Shown here: piece after piece, positions 8,456 through 15,405 of the stretch
Layout: each line of letters starts with the position of its first letter
Numbering within the stretch: position 1 is the first letter of the stretch
Source of the DNA: a virus
Reading direction: 5' to 3' (one strand)
DNA: 37,152 bases
Virus record (IMG/VR): IMGVR_UViG_3300043788_000063
The notes under the pieces: model-generated
What the model was told of the DNA's origin: nothing
Databases searched by the model: none
What the model saw: only the letters and a program-made list of their open reading frames with translations
Position numbers and translations under genes: made by a program

Positions 8456-8658
8456 ACTGCGAGTGCGGTAAACCTGCGGTGCGTGCCGGAAAGTGTGAAG
8501 AGCACAAGGTAGAACGCCGTAAGAACGTGTACAGCGAGCGCCGTGTAGCGGGAAGCTCTGACACACCGCCCTCCTGCGGAAACCCTGCGTGCAGGGTCAC
8601 ATACGGCGAGACGTTTCACAATCTGCTATGTCCTGACCGGGGGCCTGGCTGGGCGTGA
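8443..8658 (+). CDS. Small Cys-rich protein
   Basis: ORF track 8422..8658. The start is ambiguous (8422 or 8443). CECGKP...C..C motif. Confidence 0.3.
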   Translation: MGTVNCECGKPAVRAGKCEEHKVERRKNVYSERRVAGSSDTPPSCGNPACRVTYGETFHNLLCPDRGPGWA

Positions 8659-8846
8659 TGGAAACCTATTACACGCACATGCGGGGGTTTCAGTTCTTCT
8701 TGGAAGTCACTGGTATGGCGTTCAACGGCACGTACGTTCTCAAGATCAGCGGCGTCGGCGAGCAGGCGATAAAGAGTTTGGCTGCGGGCAGTGAAAGCTG
8801 GGTTTGGGATAAACCGAGAGAAATCCCAAAGAATAGGATCAACTAA
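8658..8846 (+). CDS. Hypothetical small protein (62 aa)
   Basis: The ATG overlaps the upstream TGA (TGATG). Confidence 0.35.
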   Translation: METYYTHMRGFQFFLEVTGMAFNGTYVLKISGVGEQAIKSLAAGSESWVWDKPREIPKNRIN

Positions 8847-10054
8847 TGTCACATTTTTCAGTTCTAGTAATTGGCGGCAACGTGGAGGAACAGCTTCAAC
8901 CCTACCACGAATTTGAATGCACTGGCACTGACGACCAGTACGTCCAAGAGATTGATCAAACCGAGGAAGCACGCAAGACGTGGGAGGAAGACACGACCAC
9001 CTGCGTTCGCAACCCAAACGGCGAACTTGAGGATAGGTGGACGAAGGACGGCGATTGCCGACCCGAGTTCTACCGTGAACCTACCCCGGAAGAGGAAGCC
9101 AAGCACGGCAAGATGTGGGGCAGTGGGGGCGGGAACGGCATAAGCTGGACCTCCAAGGACTGGAACGACGGTCGCGGCTACCGCGCCAAGATTTACGAAC
9201 TTCCCGAGGGTTGGACTGAGGTGGAAGTTCCCACAAGCACCCGCCAGACCTTCGCCGAGTTCTGTGAAGACTACTACGGGCACACAATCGTGCCGTTCGG
9301 CGAACAGCCGAACTTCGTCAAGGGGGACGAGTCCTCCAACCACAAGTACGGATACACCATCGTTGACGAGCAGGGCAACGTCGTCAAGACCATTGACCGC
9401 ACCAACCCGAATGCAAAGTGGGACTGGTACTCGGTCGGCGGGCGCTGGAACGGGCACTTCAAGCTCAAGCCCCTCGGCGTGGGCGTGGTCGGCGAACCCG
9501 GTCTCCAGAGTATGAACGAAGACTACGAGCATCCAGGCGAAGACCGTGCCGACATCCTCATGAAGGGTGACATTGACGTTGAGGGCATGCGCAACGAGGC
9601 GGGCGAGAAGGCTGCCGACCGCTGGGACAGGTTCCATGCCATCATCGCCGGGCTGCCGGAGCCTATCACGTGGGAACAGATGCAAGAAAAGCACCAGACG
9701 GGCGAGACTGACGAGCACGGCAAGCCGAAGACTGACTGGGAAGCCGCCCGCACGGAGTTCCACGCTCAGCCCGCCGTTCAAGCGCTGCGCAACAGCAAAG
9801 ACCGGGACGCAATCTGGTGGGAAGTGGACGACTACATGGTGCCCCGTGAACAGTTCGTCAAAGAGGCACGTGACTACGCCATCGGCACTTTCGCCGTGGT
9901 CAAGGACGGTGTGTGGTACGAGCGTGGTAAGATGGGCTGGTGGGCGGCGGTGTCCAACGAGAAGGATAAGGATGAATGGACTCGCCAGTTCACGGAACTT
10001 TTTGACAGCCTGCCGGACAACACCCTATTGACTGTGGTAGACTGCCACATCTGA
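8846..10054 (+). CDS. Hypothetical protein (402 aa) with a WDWYSVGGRW motif
   Basis: Long ORF with overlapping start (TAATG). No family assigned with confidence. Confidence 0.6.
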   Translation: MSHFSVLVIGGNVEEQLQPYHEFECTGTDDQYVQEIDQTEEARKTWEEDTTTCVRNPNGELEDRWTKDGDCRPEFYREPTPEEEAKHGKMWGSGGGNGISWTSKDWNDGRGYRAKIYELPEGWTEVEVPTSTRQTFAEFCEDYYGHTIVPFGEQPNFVKGDESSNHKYGYTIVDEQGNVVKTIDRTNPNAKWDWYSVGGRWNGHFKLKPLGVGVVGEPGLQSMNEDYEHPGEDRADILMKGDIDVEGMRNEAGEKAADRWDRFHAIIAGLPEPITWEQMQEKHQTGETDEHGKPKTDWEAARTEFHAQPAVQALRNSKDRDAIWWEVDDYMVPREQFVKEARDYAIGTFAVVKDGVWYERGKMGWWAAVSNEKDKDEWTRQFTELFDSLPDNTLLTVVDCHI

Positions 10055-10061
10055 GGAGTTC

Positions 10062-10583
10062 ATGGATCAAGCATTTGAGACGACCAACATCCACACGCTG
10101 TACATCAAGCGGTACCACGCCAAGCAAGTCGCGATGGGTCTCTGTAGGAGTTGTCCACGACCGCTGGCTCCCGGCAGCAAGCAACTCTGCACGATTCATT
10201 TAGAGGCACAGCGCAAGAGGTCTGAAGCTAAGAACTTGGCAGAGGGAGCCGTGACCCTAAGCATGAGGAAAGCGGTTAGGGAAGCAGCGATGACGGTTTT
10301 CCGGCAAAGTCCCAAGGCTCCCTTGGAGACTGTGAGCAAGCTAGTCGGTCTCAAGAAGTCCACAATGTACCAAATAAGAGCGGATGCCTTGGGACAGCCC
10401 CCGGCGAAGATCGTGCGTCAAAAAGTACTGGGATTGCTCCGCTCAAACGCGGACATGACGTTTAGCGAGATCGCCGAGGAGACGGGAATTACCGAGGCTA
10501 CCGTGTTTCGTCTTGCTAAGAAATTCAAGTTTCCTACTCGTGTCAGAAAGCCGTATAATCTGAAGTCGGCAGTAAATGTCTGA
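10062..10583 (+). CDS. DNA-binding protein with N-terminal Zn-ribbon and C-terminal helix-turn-helix
   Basis: RBS GAGGAG upstream. The C-terminus MTFSEIAEETGITEATVFRLAKKF is a typical HTH. CRSCP...C..H occurs near the N-terminus. Confidence 0.5.
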   Translation: MDQAFETTNIHTLYIKRYHAKQVAMGLCRSCPRPLAPGSKQLCTIHLEAQRKRSEAKNLAEGAVTLSMRKAVREAAMTVFRQSPKAPLETVSKLVGLKKSTMYQIRADALGQPPAKIVRQKVLGLLRSNADMTFSEIAEETGITEATVFRLAKKFKFPTRVRKPYNLKSAVNV

Positions 10584-10776
10584 AACGAGAAAATGTCCAT
10601 GGTGCAAAGAGGGGTTCGCACTTGCTGTGAAAGATGGACACCTGACTTGCCCCATGTGCTACTGCTATCTTGTTAAGAAGGGCGAGCCGGGTTTTGACGA
10701 AGGTTTTGGCTCTCGCATCGGCAAGGATGAATACTGGAGAATTGGAGACAGCAATCCACTGAAGGTTATCCAATGA
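10576..10776 (+). CDS. Small zinc-ribbon protein (66 aa)
   Basis: CPWCKEG...CPMCYC. Overlapping start (ATGTCTGA). Confidence 0.45.
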   Translation: MSETRKCPWCKEGFALAVKDGHLTCPMCYCYLVKKGEPGFDEGFGSRIGKDEYWRIGDSNPLKVIQ

Positions 10777-11150
10777 AAATCTGCGACACGCACTGGCAGG
10801 CACTACGAAAAGCGATTGACGACCGTGGGCTGACCCGTTTCATCTCCAAGGACGGCGAGCAGGCGTCCCAGAACATGGTCGCCCAGCTTCAGGGCGAGGA
10901 CACCAAAGACCATTACGATCCTCTGATGGCTGCGGTGTTCGCAATCTGGGGCAACGCGATCGAGGCGTTCGGTCTGGACATCATGCGACCTGAAGCGCCG
11001 TGCCCTTTGTGCGTCCTTGACCAGCACGTCAAAGAATGCACCGATGAGACATGCACCATGAAGCAGAGCGGATCGGACTGGATCGGCTACGCGGCCGACG
11101 GTCAGATTGACGCGGCGACGGAACTGGGTCTACTGGGGAAACCGAATTGA
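10773..11150 (+). CDS. Hypothetical protein (125 aa)
   Basis: ATGA overlap with the upstream stop. Confidence 0.5.
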   Translation: MKICDTHWQALRKAIDDRGLTRFISKDGEQASQNMVAQLQGEDTKDHYDPLMAAVFAIWGNAIEAFGLDIMRPEAPCPLCVLDQHVKECTDETCTMKQSGSDWIGYAADGQIDAATELGLLGKPN

Positions 11151-11158
11151 ACGAGGAA

Positions 11159-11326
11159 ATGTCAGTTCAGGAGGAGAAAGAAGCGCTGCGCAAGAAGGTT
11201 CGCAACGAGACCATTGACGAGCTTTGCACTTGGCTCTCTTCCTGCATTGAAGCGGTGGATCATAACACCGAGACCTACAAAGCATGCACCGCAATGGTCA
11301 ACGCGATGAAGGGCAAAAAGATATGA
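11159..11326 (+). CDS. Small protein (55 aa, not in the ORF track because it is <60 aa)
   Basis: ATG with GAGGAA upstream. The stop overlaps the next ATG (ATATGA). Confidence 0.3.
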   Translation: MSVQEEKEALRKKVRNETIDELCTWLSSCIEAVDHNTETYKACTAMVNAMKGKKI

Positions 11327-11499
11327 GGCTTGAAAAACAACTGCACGATGACCTTGAACAGGTCGCTGCTGAAGTGGCAAGCTGGCCCGAATGGAAGCGC
11401 AGCTTGCAGCCGTGCTCCTGTCTCCGCGAGGGAATCCTTGACGACGGCAAGCACCCGCAGAGGGATTGCCCTAAGTGCGACGGCACTGGACTATGCTAA
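11323..11499 (+). CDS. Small Cys-rich protein (58 aa; CSC...CPKCDGTGLC)
   Basis: ATG 11323 within ORF track 11284..11499. Confidence 0.4.
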   Translation: MRLEKQLHDDLEQVAAEVASWPEWKRSLQPCSCLREGILDDGKHPQRDCPKCDGTGLC

Positions 11500-11702
11500 G
11501 AAAATTTCTGTGTTTCATCGGGCTGCACAACCCTGAGATTACCCGCAAGGTTTTCTGGGGGAACGTACACCACGCCGAATTGAAGTGCGTCTGCGGCAAG
11601 AGGTACGAGGCATTTGTGGCGGGAACCGTTGGGCGGTTATACCCAGCCAAGACGCCGTCAGATTTCTGGGTCGCATGGGACGCCTTCCGCCCCGAAAATT
11701 AG
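11493..11702 (+). CDS. Small protein (69 aa; CVCGK motif)
   Basis: The ATG overlaps the upstream stop (ATGCTAA). Confidence 0.4.
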   Translation: MLRKFLCFIGLHNPEITRKVFWGNVHHAELKCVCGKRYEAFVAGTVGRLYPAKTPSDFWVAWDAFRPEN

Positions 11703-11705
11703 CTA

Positions 11706-11734
11706 TTGACAGAAATCCGAATTCGCAGTACTAT
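11706..11734 (+). promoter_or_regulatory. Sigma70-like promoter TTGACA-N17-TACTAT
   Basis: Consensus -35 hexamer and a 4/6 -10 at exact 17-nt spacing, immediately upstream of a short ORF and ~180 nt upstream of the tRNA array. Confidence 0.5.
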
Positions 11735-11749
11735 ATGAGAGTGAACAAC

Positions 11750-11851
11750 ATGACTTCAAGGAAACCCAATACGATTGCCCGCAAGGGCGCAAGCCAGTGG
11801 CGGAATCGCCATTTCGGCGTGGGTCTTTCCTTGGAAGGATGGGACGACTAA
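11750..11851 (+). CDS. Possible 33-aa basic peptide between its own promoter and a terminator
   Basis: ATG 11750 (an alternative ATG lies at 11735). No clear SD; it may instead be a non-coding leader. Confidence 0.25.
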   Translation: MTSRKPNTIARKGASQWRNRHFGVGLSLEGWDD

Positions 11852-11879
11852 GTCCTGATCCAAACCAAGTTTGAAACGA

Positions 11880-11909
11880 CCCGCTAACCGAAAGGTTCAG
11901 CGGGTTTTT
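11880..11909 (+). terminator. Rho-independent terminator
   Basis: 10-bp stem CCCGCTAACC/GGTT(C)AGCGGG with a GAAA loop, followed by TTTTT. Confidence 0.8.
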
Positions 11910-11914
11910 GCTTT

Positions 11915-11989
11915 AGGGGAGTCATTCAACGGCTAGGATGGCGGTCTCCAAAACCGCTCATGGGGGTTCGAATCCCTCCTCCCCTGCCA
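11915..11989 (+). tRNA. tRNA-Trp (anticodon CCA), CCA end encoded
   Basis: Hand-folded cloverleaf: acceptor AGGGGAG/CTCCCCT, anticodon stem GCGGT/ACCGC, loop CTCCAAA, T-arm GGGGG-TTCGAAT-CCCTC. Confidence 0.8.
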
Positions 11990-12014
11990 AATTTTGCAGT
12001 AACGAAGGGAATTT

Positions 12015-12645
12015 ATGGAACTGAAACTAGAAGCTTCTCAAGCGCGAGGGACCCGCATCCTGCGGGGACAGACGGCTGCCCGGAGACGTCTTCATCTCGT
12101 CTAACCTCGCATTGAGAGCGACGGAAGCCGGGTACGAGGAAATCGTCCTTCCGTCGCTTGAGCCAGCCGCGATCTACGCTGAGAAGGCTGGTAATGAAGT
12201 TCTGGGGCAGATGTACACGTTCCCAGACAAGAAAGGCAGGCAGCTTTGCCTGCGACCGGAAGGGACGGCGACTTGCCAGATACTCGCCGACACGGTGCTG
12301 AAGTCGGAGCGGGACGTGAAGCTCTGGTATCTGGCGACCTGCTGGCGCTACGAGCGGCCGCAGGCGGGGCGTTACCGGGAATTCTTGCAGTTCGGCGTTG
12401 AGGTCTTGAACCCACGCCAAGATATGCGGGACGAACTGGTGGAGTTGGCGACGAGCATGGTCGGGATGTTCACCGACAAGTTTGAAGTCAGCAAAGCAGT
12501 GAAGCGTGGGCTGGCGTACTACGTTGAGGACGGCTTTGAGATAAGTTGCCCGGCGTTGGGAGCACAGAAGCAAGTCTGCGGCGGCGGGTCGTACAAGCAG
12601 GGATGCGGTTTCGCATTCGGCGTAGATCGGCTGATGTTGGTTTAA
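12015..12645 (+). CDS. Minimal histidyl-tRNA synthetase-like catalytic core (~210 aa). It is interrupted by a +1 frame change near 12100-12112 and lacks the insertion and anticodon-binding domains.
   Basis: Frame 0 (ATG 12015) encodes MELKLEASQARGTRILRGQTAARRRLHLV*, which resembles the HisRS N-terminus.
Frame 1 (from 12031, TTG 12112) encodes ...AGYEEIVLP...QMYTFPDKKGRQLCLRPEGTA...LWYLATCWRYERPQAGRYREFLQFGVEVLN (class II motif 2 / HisRS motif).
This runs directly into KRGLAYYVEDGFEISCPALGAQKQVCGGGSYKQGCGFAFGVDRLML (HisRS GGGRYD plus motif 3 GFAxGxxRL). Confidence 0.7.
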
Positions 12646-12649
12646 CGAT

Positions 12650-12727
12650 GGTGGCGGTCGTCTAGAGGCTTAGGACCCCTGACTGTGACTCAGGTGATCG
12701 TGGGTTCGAATCCCATCCGCCACCCCA
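12650..12727 (+). tRNA. tRNA-His (anticodon GTG) with genomically encoded G-1 and C73
   Basis: G(-1)+GTGGCGG acceptor pairs with CCGCCAC, followed by C and CCA. Anticodon arm CCTGA-CTGTGAC-TCAGG. T-arm GTGGG-TTCGAAT-CCCAT. Starts 5 nt after the HisRS-like stop. Confidence 0.85.
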
Positions 12728-12733
12728 AATTTC

Positions 12734-12811
12734 GTCCGTGTAGCTCAGTTGGATTAGAGCGCTTCCCTCCGAAGGAAGAGGTCGTGAGTTCGAGTCTCAC
12801 CATGGACACCA
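12734..12811 (+). tRNA. tRNA-Arg (anticodon CCG)
   Basis: Acceptor GTCCGTG/CATGGAC. Anticodon stem CTTCC/GGAAG with loop CTCCGAA. CCA encoded. Confidence 0.8.
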
Positions 12812-12816
12812 GAGTT

Positions 12817-12996
12817 ATGAGAGAGACGACTGAGTATCCGCCGTTCCAGATCAGGTGCTCCAAATGCAACAAGGAGCCGGGTCAGTGCTGTGGTAGGTGG
12901 GACGGGGCACCGTATGCGTGCATGGATCGTGTGAAAGCTGCGGAAGAGATATTCGGGAAGTTCAGGTACAAGGACGGCAAGTACGTGCGTGTGTAG
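12817..12996 (+). CDS. Possible small zinc-ribbon protein (59 aa) between tRNAs
   Basis: ATG 12817; CSKCNKEPGQCCGRWDGAPYAC. The 3' end overlaps the next tRNA by ~10 nt, so the call is weak. Confidence 0.25.
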   Translation: MRETTEYPPFQIRCSKCNKEPGQCCGRWDGAPYACMDRVKAAEEIFGKFRYKDGKYVRV

Positions 12997-13063
12997 CTCA
13001 GTTGGATAGAGCGCTACTCTGCGAAGGTAGAGGTCGGCAGTTCGATTCTGCCCATGCGCACCA
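12987..13063 (+). tRNA. tRNA-Arg (anticodon GCG)
   Basis: Acceptor GCGTGTG/CATGCGC (two G-U pairs). Anticodon stem CTACT/GGTAG with loop CTGCGAA. T-arm GGCAG-TTCGATT-CTGCC. CCA encoded. Confidence 0.7.
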
Positions 13064-13073
13064 AGTTTACAGA

Positions 13074-13151
13074 GCCGGGTTAGTCATTGGACATGACAGC
13101 ACGTCTTCGAAACGTGCATATTTACGGGTTCGAATCCCGTACCCGGCTCCA
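13074..13151 (+). tRNA. tRNA-Arg (anticodon TCG)
   Basis: Acceptor GCCGGGT/ACCCGGC. Anticodon stem (G)CACGT/ACGTG(C) with loop CTTCGAA. T-arm ACGGG-TTCGAAT-CCCGT. CCA encoded. Confidence 0.7.
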
Positions 13152-13236
13152 GAGTTTGGTCTGGCGCACGCTGGTGCCAGCGAAAGTGAAGGTTGCCGTA
13201 ATCAGTCGCCCTTCAACCGAGTGGTTTTGCAAGTAC

Positions 13237-13314
13237 GCGCCCGTAGCTCAGCGGAATAAGAGCACTTCGCTACGAACGAAGGGGTCGGGAGTTCGAATCT
13301 CTCCGGGCGCACCA
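13237..13314 (+). tRNA. tRNA-Arg (anticodon ACG)
   Basis: Acceptor GCGCCCG/CGGGCGC. Anticodon stem CTTCG/CGAAG with loop CTACGAA. CCA encoded. Confidence 0.8.
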
Positions 13315-13326
13315 GTTTTGTGCTGA

Positions 13327-13402
13327 TGAGGCGTGGTCCAATCGGTAGGACGCCGCACTGTTAATGCGGATGGTGAAGGTTCGAGTCCTTCCGCCTCAGC
13401 CA
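13327..13402 (+). tRNA. tRNA-Asn (anticodon GTT), copy 1
   Basis: Acceptor TGAGGCG/CGCCTCA, G73. Anticodon stem CCGCA/TGCGG with loop CTGTTAA. CCA encoded. Confidence 0.7.
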
Positions 13403-13419
13403 ATTTTGCAGTAACATGT

Positions 13420-13494
13420 TGGGGTGTGGCTCAATGGTACAGCAGGTGACTGTTACTCACCCATTTGCAGGTTCGAGTCCTGCTGCCCCAGCCA
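13420..13494 (+). tRNA. tRNA-Asn (anticodon GTT), divergent copy 2
   Basis: Acceptor TGGGGTG/TGCCCCA (two G-U pairs), G73. Perfect anticodon stem GGTGA/TCACC with loop CTGTTAC. T-arm GCAGG-TTCGAGT-CCTGC. Confidence 0.6.
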
Positions 13495-13510
13495 AGTTTA
13501 GGAGGATGCG

Positions 13511-13774
13511 TTGCGAGTAGATGCTCCAGAGATCGTCAGGGTTGAAGATCGGGCGGTGCTTGAGCCGCTCGCCCAGCGCGGTCTGGCGGCGCATGAGCGG
13601 CTGCGGACAGCACGGGCAGCCCTAGCCGAGGCTCGGCGGATTGAGTACGCCGCAGAGATAGAACTTGCTCAGGCTGAGCGTGAGTACGCCGCCGTGAACC
13701 GGGAGATTGTCGGTGCCGGATACCACGACACAGGACACGTCGTGGGCTATTTGAAGAGTTCAGTTCCTCGGTAG
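13511..13774 (+). CDS. Small helical (Ala/Glu/Arg-rich) protein, 87 aa, between tRNAs
   Basis: GGAGG (13501-13505) is 5 nt upstream of TTG 13511. The 3' end overlaps the next tRNA by a few nt. Confidence 0.4.
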   Translation: MRVDAPEIVRVEDRAVLEPLAQRGLAAHERLRTARAALAEARRIEYAAEIELAQAEREYAAVNREIVGAGYHDTGHVVGYLKSSVPR

Positions 13775-13839
13775 CTCAATGGTGGAGCAGACGGCTGTTA
13801 ACCGTAAGGTTGTGTGTTCGACTCACACCCGAGGAGCCA
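13765..13839 (+). tRNA. tRNA-Asn (anticodon GTT), canonical copy 3
   Basis: Acceptor TCCTCGG/CCGAGGA, G73, CCA. Closely resembles E. coli tRNA-Asn. Loop CTGTTAA. Confidence 0.8.
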
Positions 13840-13924
13840 AGTTTCAGAGTTTGAGCGACCAGATCGCAGACGGCAACTTCGTTCAATGGAGGGCGATGAT
13901 CCAAAGCGGCGGACGCTCAAAGAC

Positions 13925-14003
13925 GGGTACGTAGTGTTTAACGGATTAGCACAGCAGCCTCTTAAGCTGTCGAGTGTGGGTTCAAATCCCACCGTACCCA
14001 CCA
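13925..14003 (+). tRNA. tRNA-Lys (anticodon CTT), copy 1 (long D-loop)
   Basis: Acceptor GGGTACG/CGTACCC. Anticodon stem GCAGC/GCTGT with loop CTCTTAA. T-arm GTGGG-TTCAAAT-CCCAC. CCA encoded. Confidence 0.6.
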
Positions 14004-14027
14004 AATTTGTGGTATTGTAGGGTTTTC

Positions 14028-14103
14028 GGGCTGCTAGCTCAACTGGTAGAGCATTCGACTCTTAATCGACAGGTTCCGAGTTCAAGCCTCGGGCAGCCCA
14101 CCA
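14028..14103 (+). tRNA. tRNA-Lys (anticodon CTT), copy 2
   Basis: Acceptor GGGCTGC/GCAGCCC. Anticodon loop CTCTTAA. T-arm CCGAG-TTCAAGC-CTCGG. CCA encoded. Confidence 0.75.
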
Positions 14104-14117
14104 AGTTTTTAGAGTAT

Positions 14118-14141
14118 TAGGGTTTAGCTTCCTAAGCCCTA
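14118..14141 (+). promoter_or_regulatory. 10-bp hairpin between tRNA-Lys and the HNH gene RBS
   Basis: TAGGGTTTAG-CTTC-CTAAGCCCTA (one G-U pair), directly upstream of GGAGG (14146-14150). Confidence 0.35.
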
Positions 14142-14157
14142 GATAGGAGGACAGGAC

Positions 14158-14703
14158 ATGCCTGACGTACTGGTACTGGATTCAAACTACCGTCCCATCG
14201 GCTTCAAGTCGTGGCAGGACGCTGTGAAGAATGTGTTTGAGGATCGCGCTATCGTCATCAAGGAAGACGAGAGCGGCGCGAAGCTTCACTCCCCGTCCTT
14301 TGAGATGGGCATGCCCCGTGTCATCCGTGTGCGTAACGCATGGGTGAAGCGCCGGAAGACTTCTGTCCCGTTCAGTCGCCGGAACATCTACATCCGCGAC
14401 AGCGGTGAGTGCCAGTACTGCGGCAAGCACCTCAAGACGGACGAGTACACGCTTGACCACGTGGTTCCGCGCTCGCAGGGCGGAATCTCAAGCTGGGCTA
14501 ACCTTGTCCTGTGCTGCGTGCGCTGCAACAAGCACAAGGCCGGACAGACACCGCAGCAGGCTCACATGCCGCTTCTGAGCAAGCCTGTTACACCGAAGGT
14601 TGATGATCCGAAGTACAACTTCAAACTCCACATTAGGAAGCTTCGGCCGGAGTGGAAAGAGTGGGCCGACTGGTTGTACTGGAACATTGAAATAGACGAG
14701 TAG
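14158..14703 (+). CDS. HNH endonuclease (181 aa) embedded in the tRNA array
   Basis: CQYCGKHLKTDEYTLDHVVPRSQGGISSWANLVLCCVRCNKHK is a canonical HNH motif. RBS GGAGG upstream. Confidence 0.75.
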   Translation: MPDVLVLDSNYRPIGFKSWQDAVKNVFEDRAIVIKEDESGAKLHSPSFEMGMPRVIRVRNAWVKRRKTSVPFSRRNIYIRDSGECQYCGKHLKTDEYTLDHVVPRSQGGISSWANLVLCCVRCNKHKAGQTPQQAHMPLLSKPVTPKVDDPKYNFKLHIRKLRPEWKEWADWLYWNIEIDE

Positions 14704-14711
14704 GTTAAAGA

Positions 14712-14733
14712 CCCGGAGGAGTAATCCTCCGGG
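14712..14733 (+). terminator. Terminator-like hairpin (9-bp stem, GTAA loop, weak U-tract)
   Basis: CCCGGAGGA-GTAA-TCCTCCGGG followed by CAAAATTTCT. Confidence 0.4.
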
Positions 14734-14743
14734 CAAAATTTCT

Positions 14744-14820
14744 GGCCCCGTAGTTCAGTGGAATAGAACGCAGGTTTCCTAAACCTGATGTCGCAGGTTC
14801 GAGTCCTGCCGGGGTCACCA
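14744..14820 (+). tRNA. tRNA-Arg (anticodon CCT)
   Basis: Acceptor GGCCCCG/CGGGGTC. Anticodon stem CAGGT/ACCTG with loop TTCCTAA. CCA encoded. Confidence 0.75.
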
Positions 14821-14827
14821 AGTTTGA

Positions 14828-14874
14828 GTTGCACGAAAATGTGCAACAAGCAGGAATTGCACGAAAGTGTGCAA
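14828..14874 (+). repeat. Two tandem near-identical palindromes, TTGCAC-N6-GTGCAA
   Basis: GTTGCACGAAAATGTGCAAC (14828-14847) and TTGCACGAAAGTGTGCAA (14857-14874), with centres ~30 bp apart. Confidence 0.6.
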
Positions 14875-14878
14875 CTGT

Positions 14879-14952
14879 TGGGAGATCGTCCAATGGTAGG
14901 ACACGCGCCTCTGGAGCGTGGAATCTAGGTTCGAGTCCTAGTCTCCCAGCCA
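14879..14952 (+). tRNA. tRNA-Gln (anticodon CTG)
   Basis: U1-A72 acceptor TGGGAGA/TCTCCCA, G73. Anticodon stem CGCGC/GCGTG with loop CTCTGGA. CCA encoded. Confidence 0.7.
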
Positions 14953-14957
14953 AATTT

Positions 14958-15113
14958 ATGACGATGCTTGAAGCATATTTTGATGAATTGCTCGCCCGGA
15001 TGCAGACACCAGAGTGGCGTGCGGCTGCCCAGCGGGCATTTGACGCAACGCCCGAAGAAATTGGCAAAGCGGCAGTGGAACATGCTGGACAAAACCGTGA
15101 AAGTGCGGTATAA
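14958..15113 (+). CDS. Possible small protein (51 aa)
   Basis: ATG 14958 immediately after the tRNA-Gln 3' end. Overlaps the internal promoter. Confidence 0.3.
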   Translation: MTMLEAYFDELLARMQTPEWRAAAQRAFDATPEEIGKAAVEHAGQNRESAV

Positions 15114-15114
15114 T
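15086..15114 (+). promoter_or_regulatory. Sigma70-like promoter TGGACA-N17-TATAAT inside the tRNA array
   Basis: Exact hexamers and spacing. ATG 15124 lies 10 nt downstream of the -10. Confidence 0.5.
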
Positions 15115-15123
15115 GGTCACAAG

Positions 15124-15297
15124 ATGAACTCCACGCTGAAGACGATCCTGAAGGTCACGGCGGCGGCGATTGTGCCAGGTGCGGCGATCTTTCTAGTCGG
15201 AGCATGGCTCCTGAAGGATCGTGAGAAGGAAGAATTCAGGAAGTACATTCGCAGTACCTACGGTGACGGAAGCAATTATGTGGACAATTACCGCTGA
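15124..15297 (+). CDS. Possible small membrane peptide (57 aa)
   Basis: Hydrophobic stretch KVTAAAIVPGAAIFLVGAWLL. A further overlapping 37-aa hydrophobic ORF lies at 15278..15391. Confidence 0.3.
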   Translation: MNSTLKTILKVTAAAIVPGAAIFLVGAWLLKDREKEEFRKYIRSTYGDGSNYVDNYR

Positions 15298-15405
15298 CGA
15301 TCTCATCAACTACGGCGCTCTAGCGACGATGCTGCTTGGCGTCTATGGGCTTTACCTCGCTTACACCTACCCCGCACGAAGAAAACGCTAACCACAATTT
15401 AATCT

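Noticed and set aside
13152-13236. 85-nt spacer between tRNA-Arg(TCG) and tRNA-Arg(ACG), and the similar 85-nt spacer 13840..13924, considered as possible extra tRNAs
   Set aside because: No CCA/T-arm (GTTCRA) signature or acceptor complementarity. Only short local hairpins (for example TTTGAGCG…CGCTCAAA at 13848-13919) were found. They could be tRNA remnants but cannot be supported.
12685-13326. ORF-track entries 12685..12996, 12690..12872(-), 12897..13259, 13087..13326 and 13814..14020 that run through tRNA genes
   Set aside because: They are translations of tRNA sequence (for example …SVGLERFPPKEEVVSSSL…). Only the tRNA-free segment 12817..12996 was kept, as a low-confidence small ORF.
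14828-14874. CRISPR array, or any array of regularly spaced repeats in the window
   Set aside because: Only two palindrome copies with a 10-bp spacer were found. There are no Cas genes and no longer repeat series anywhere in the window.
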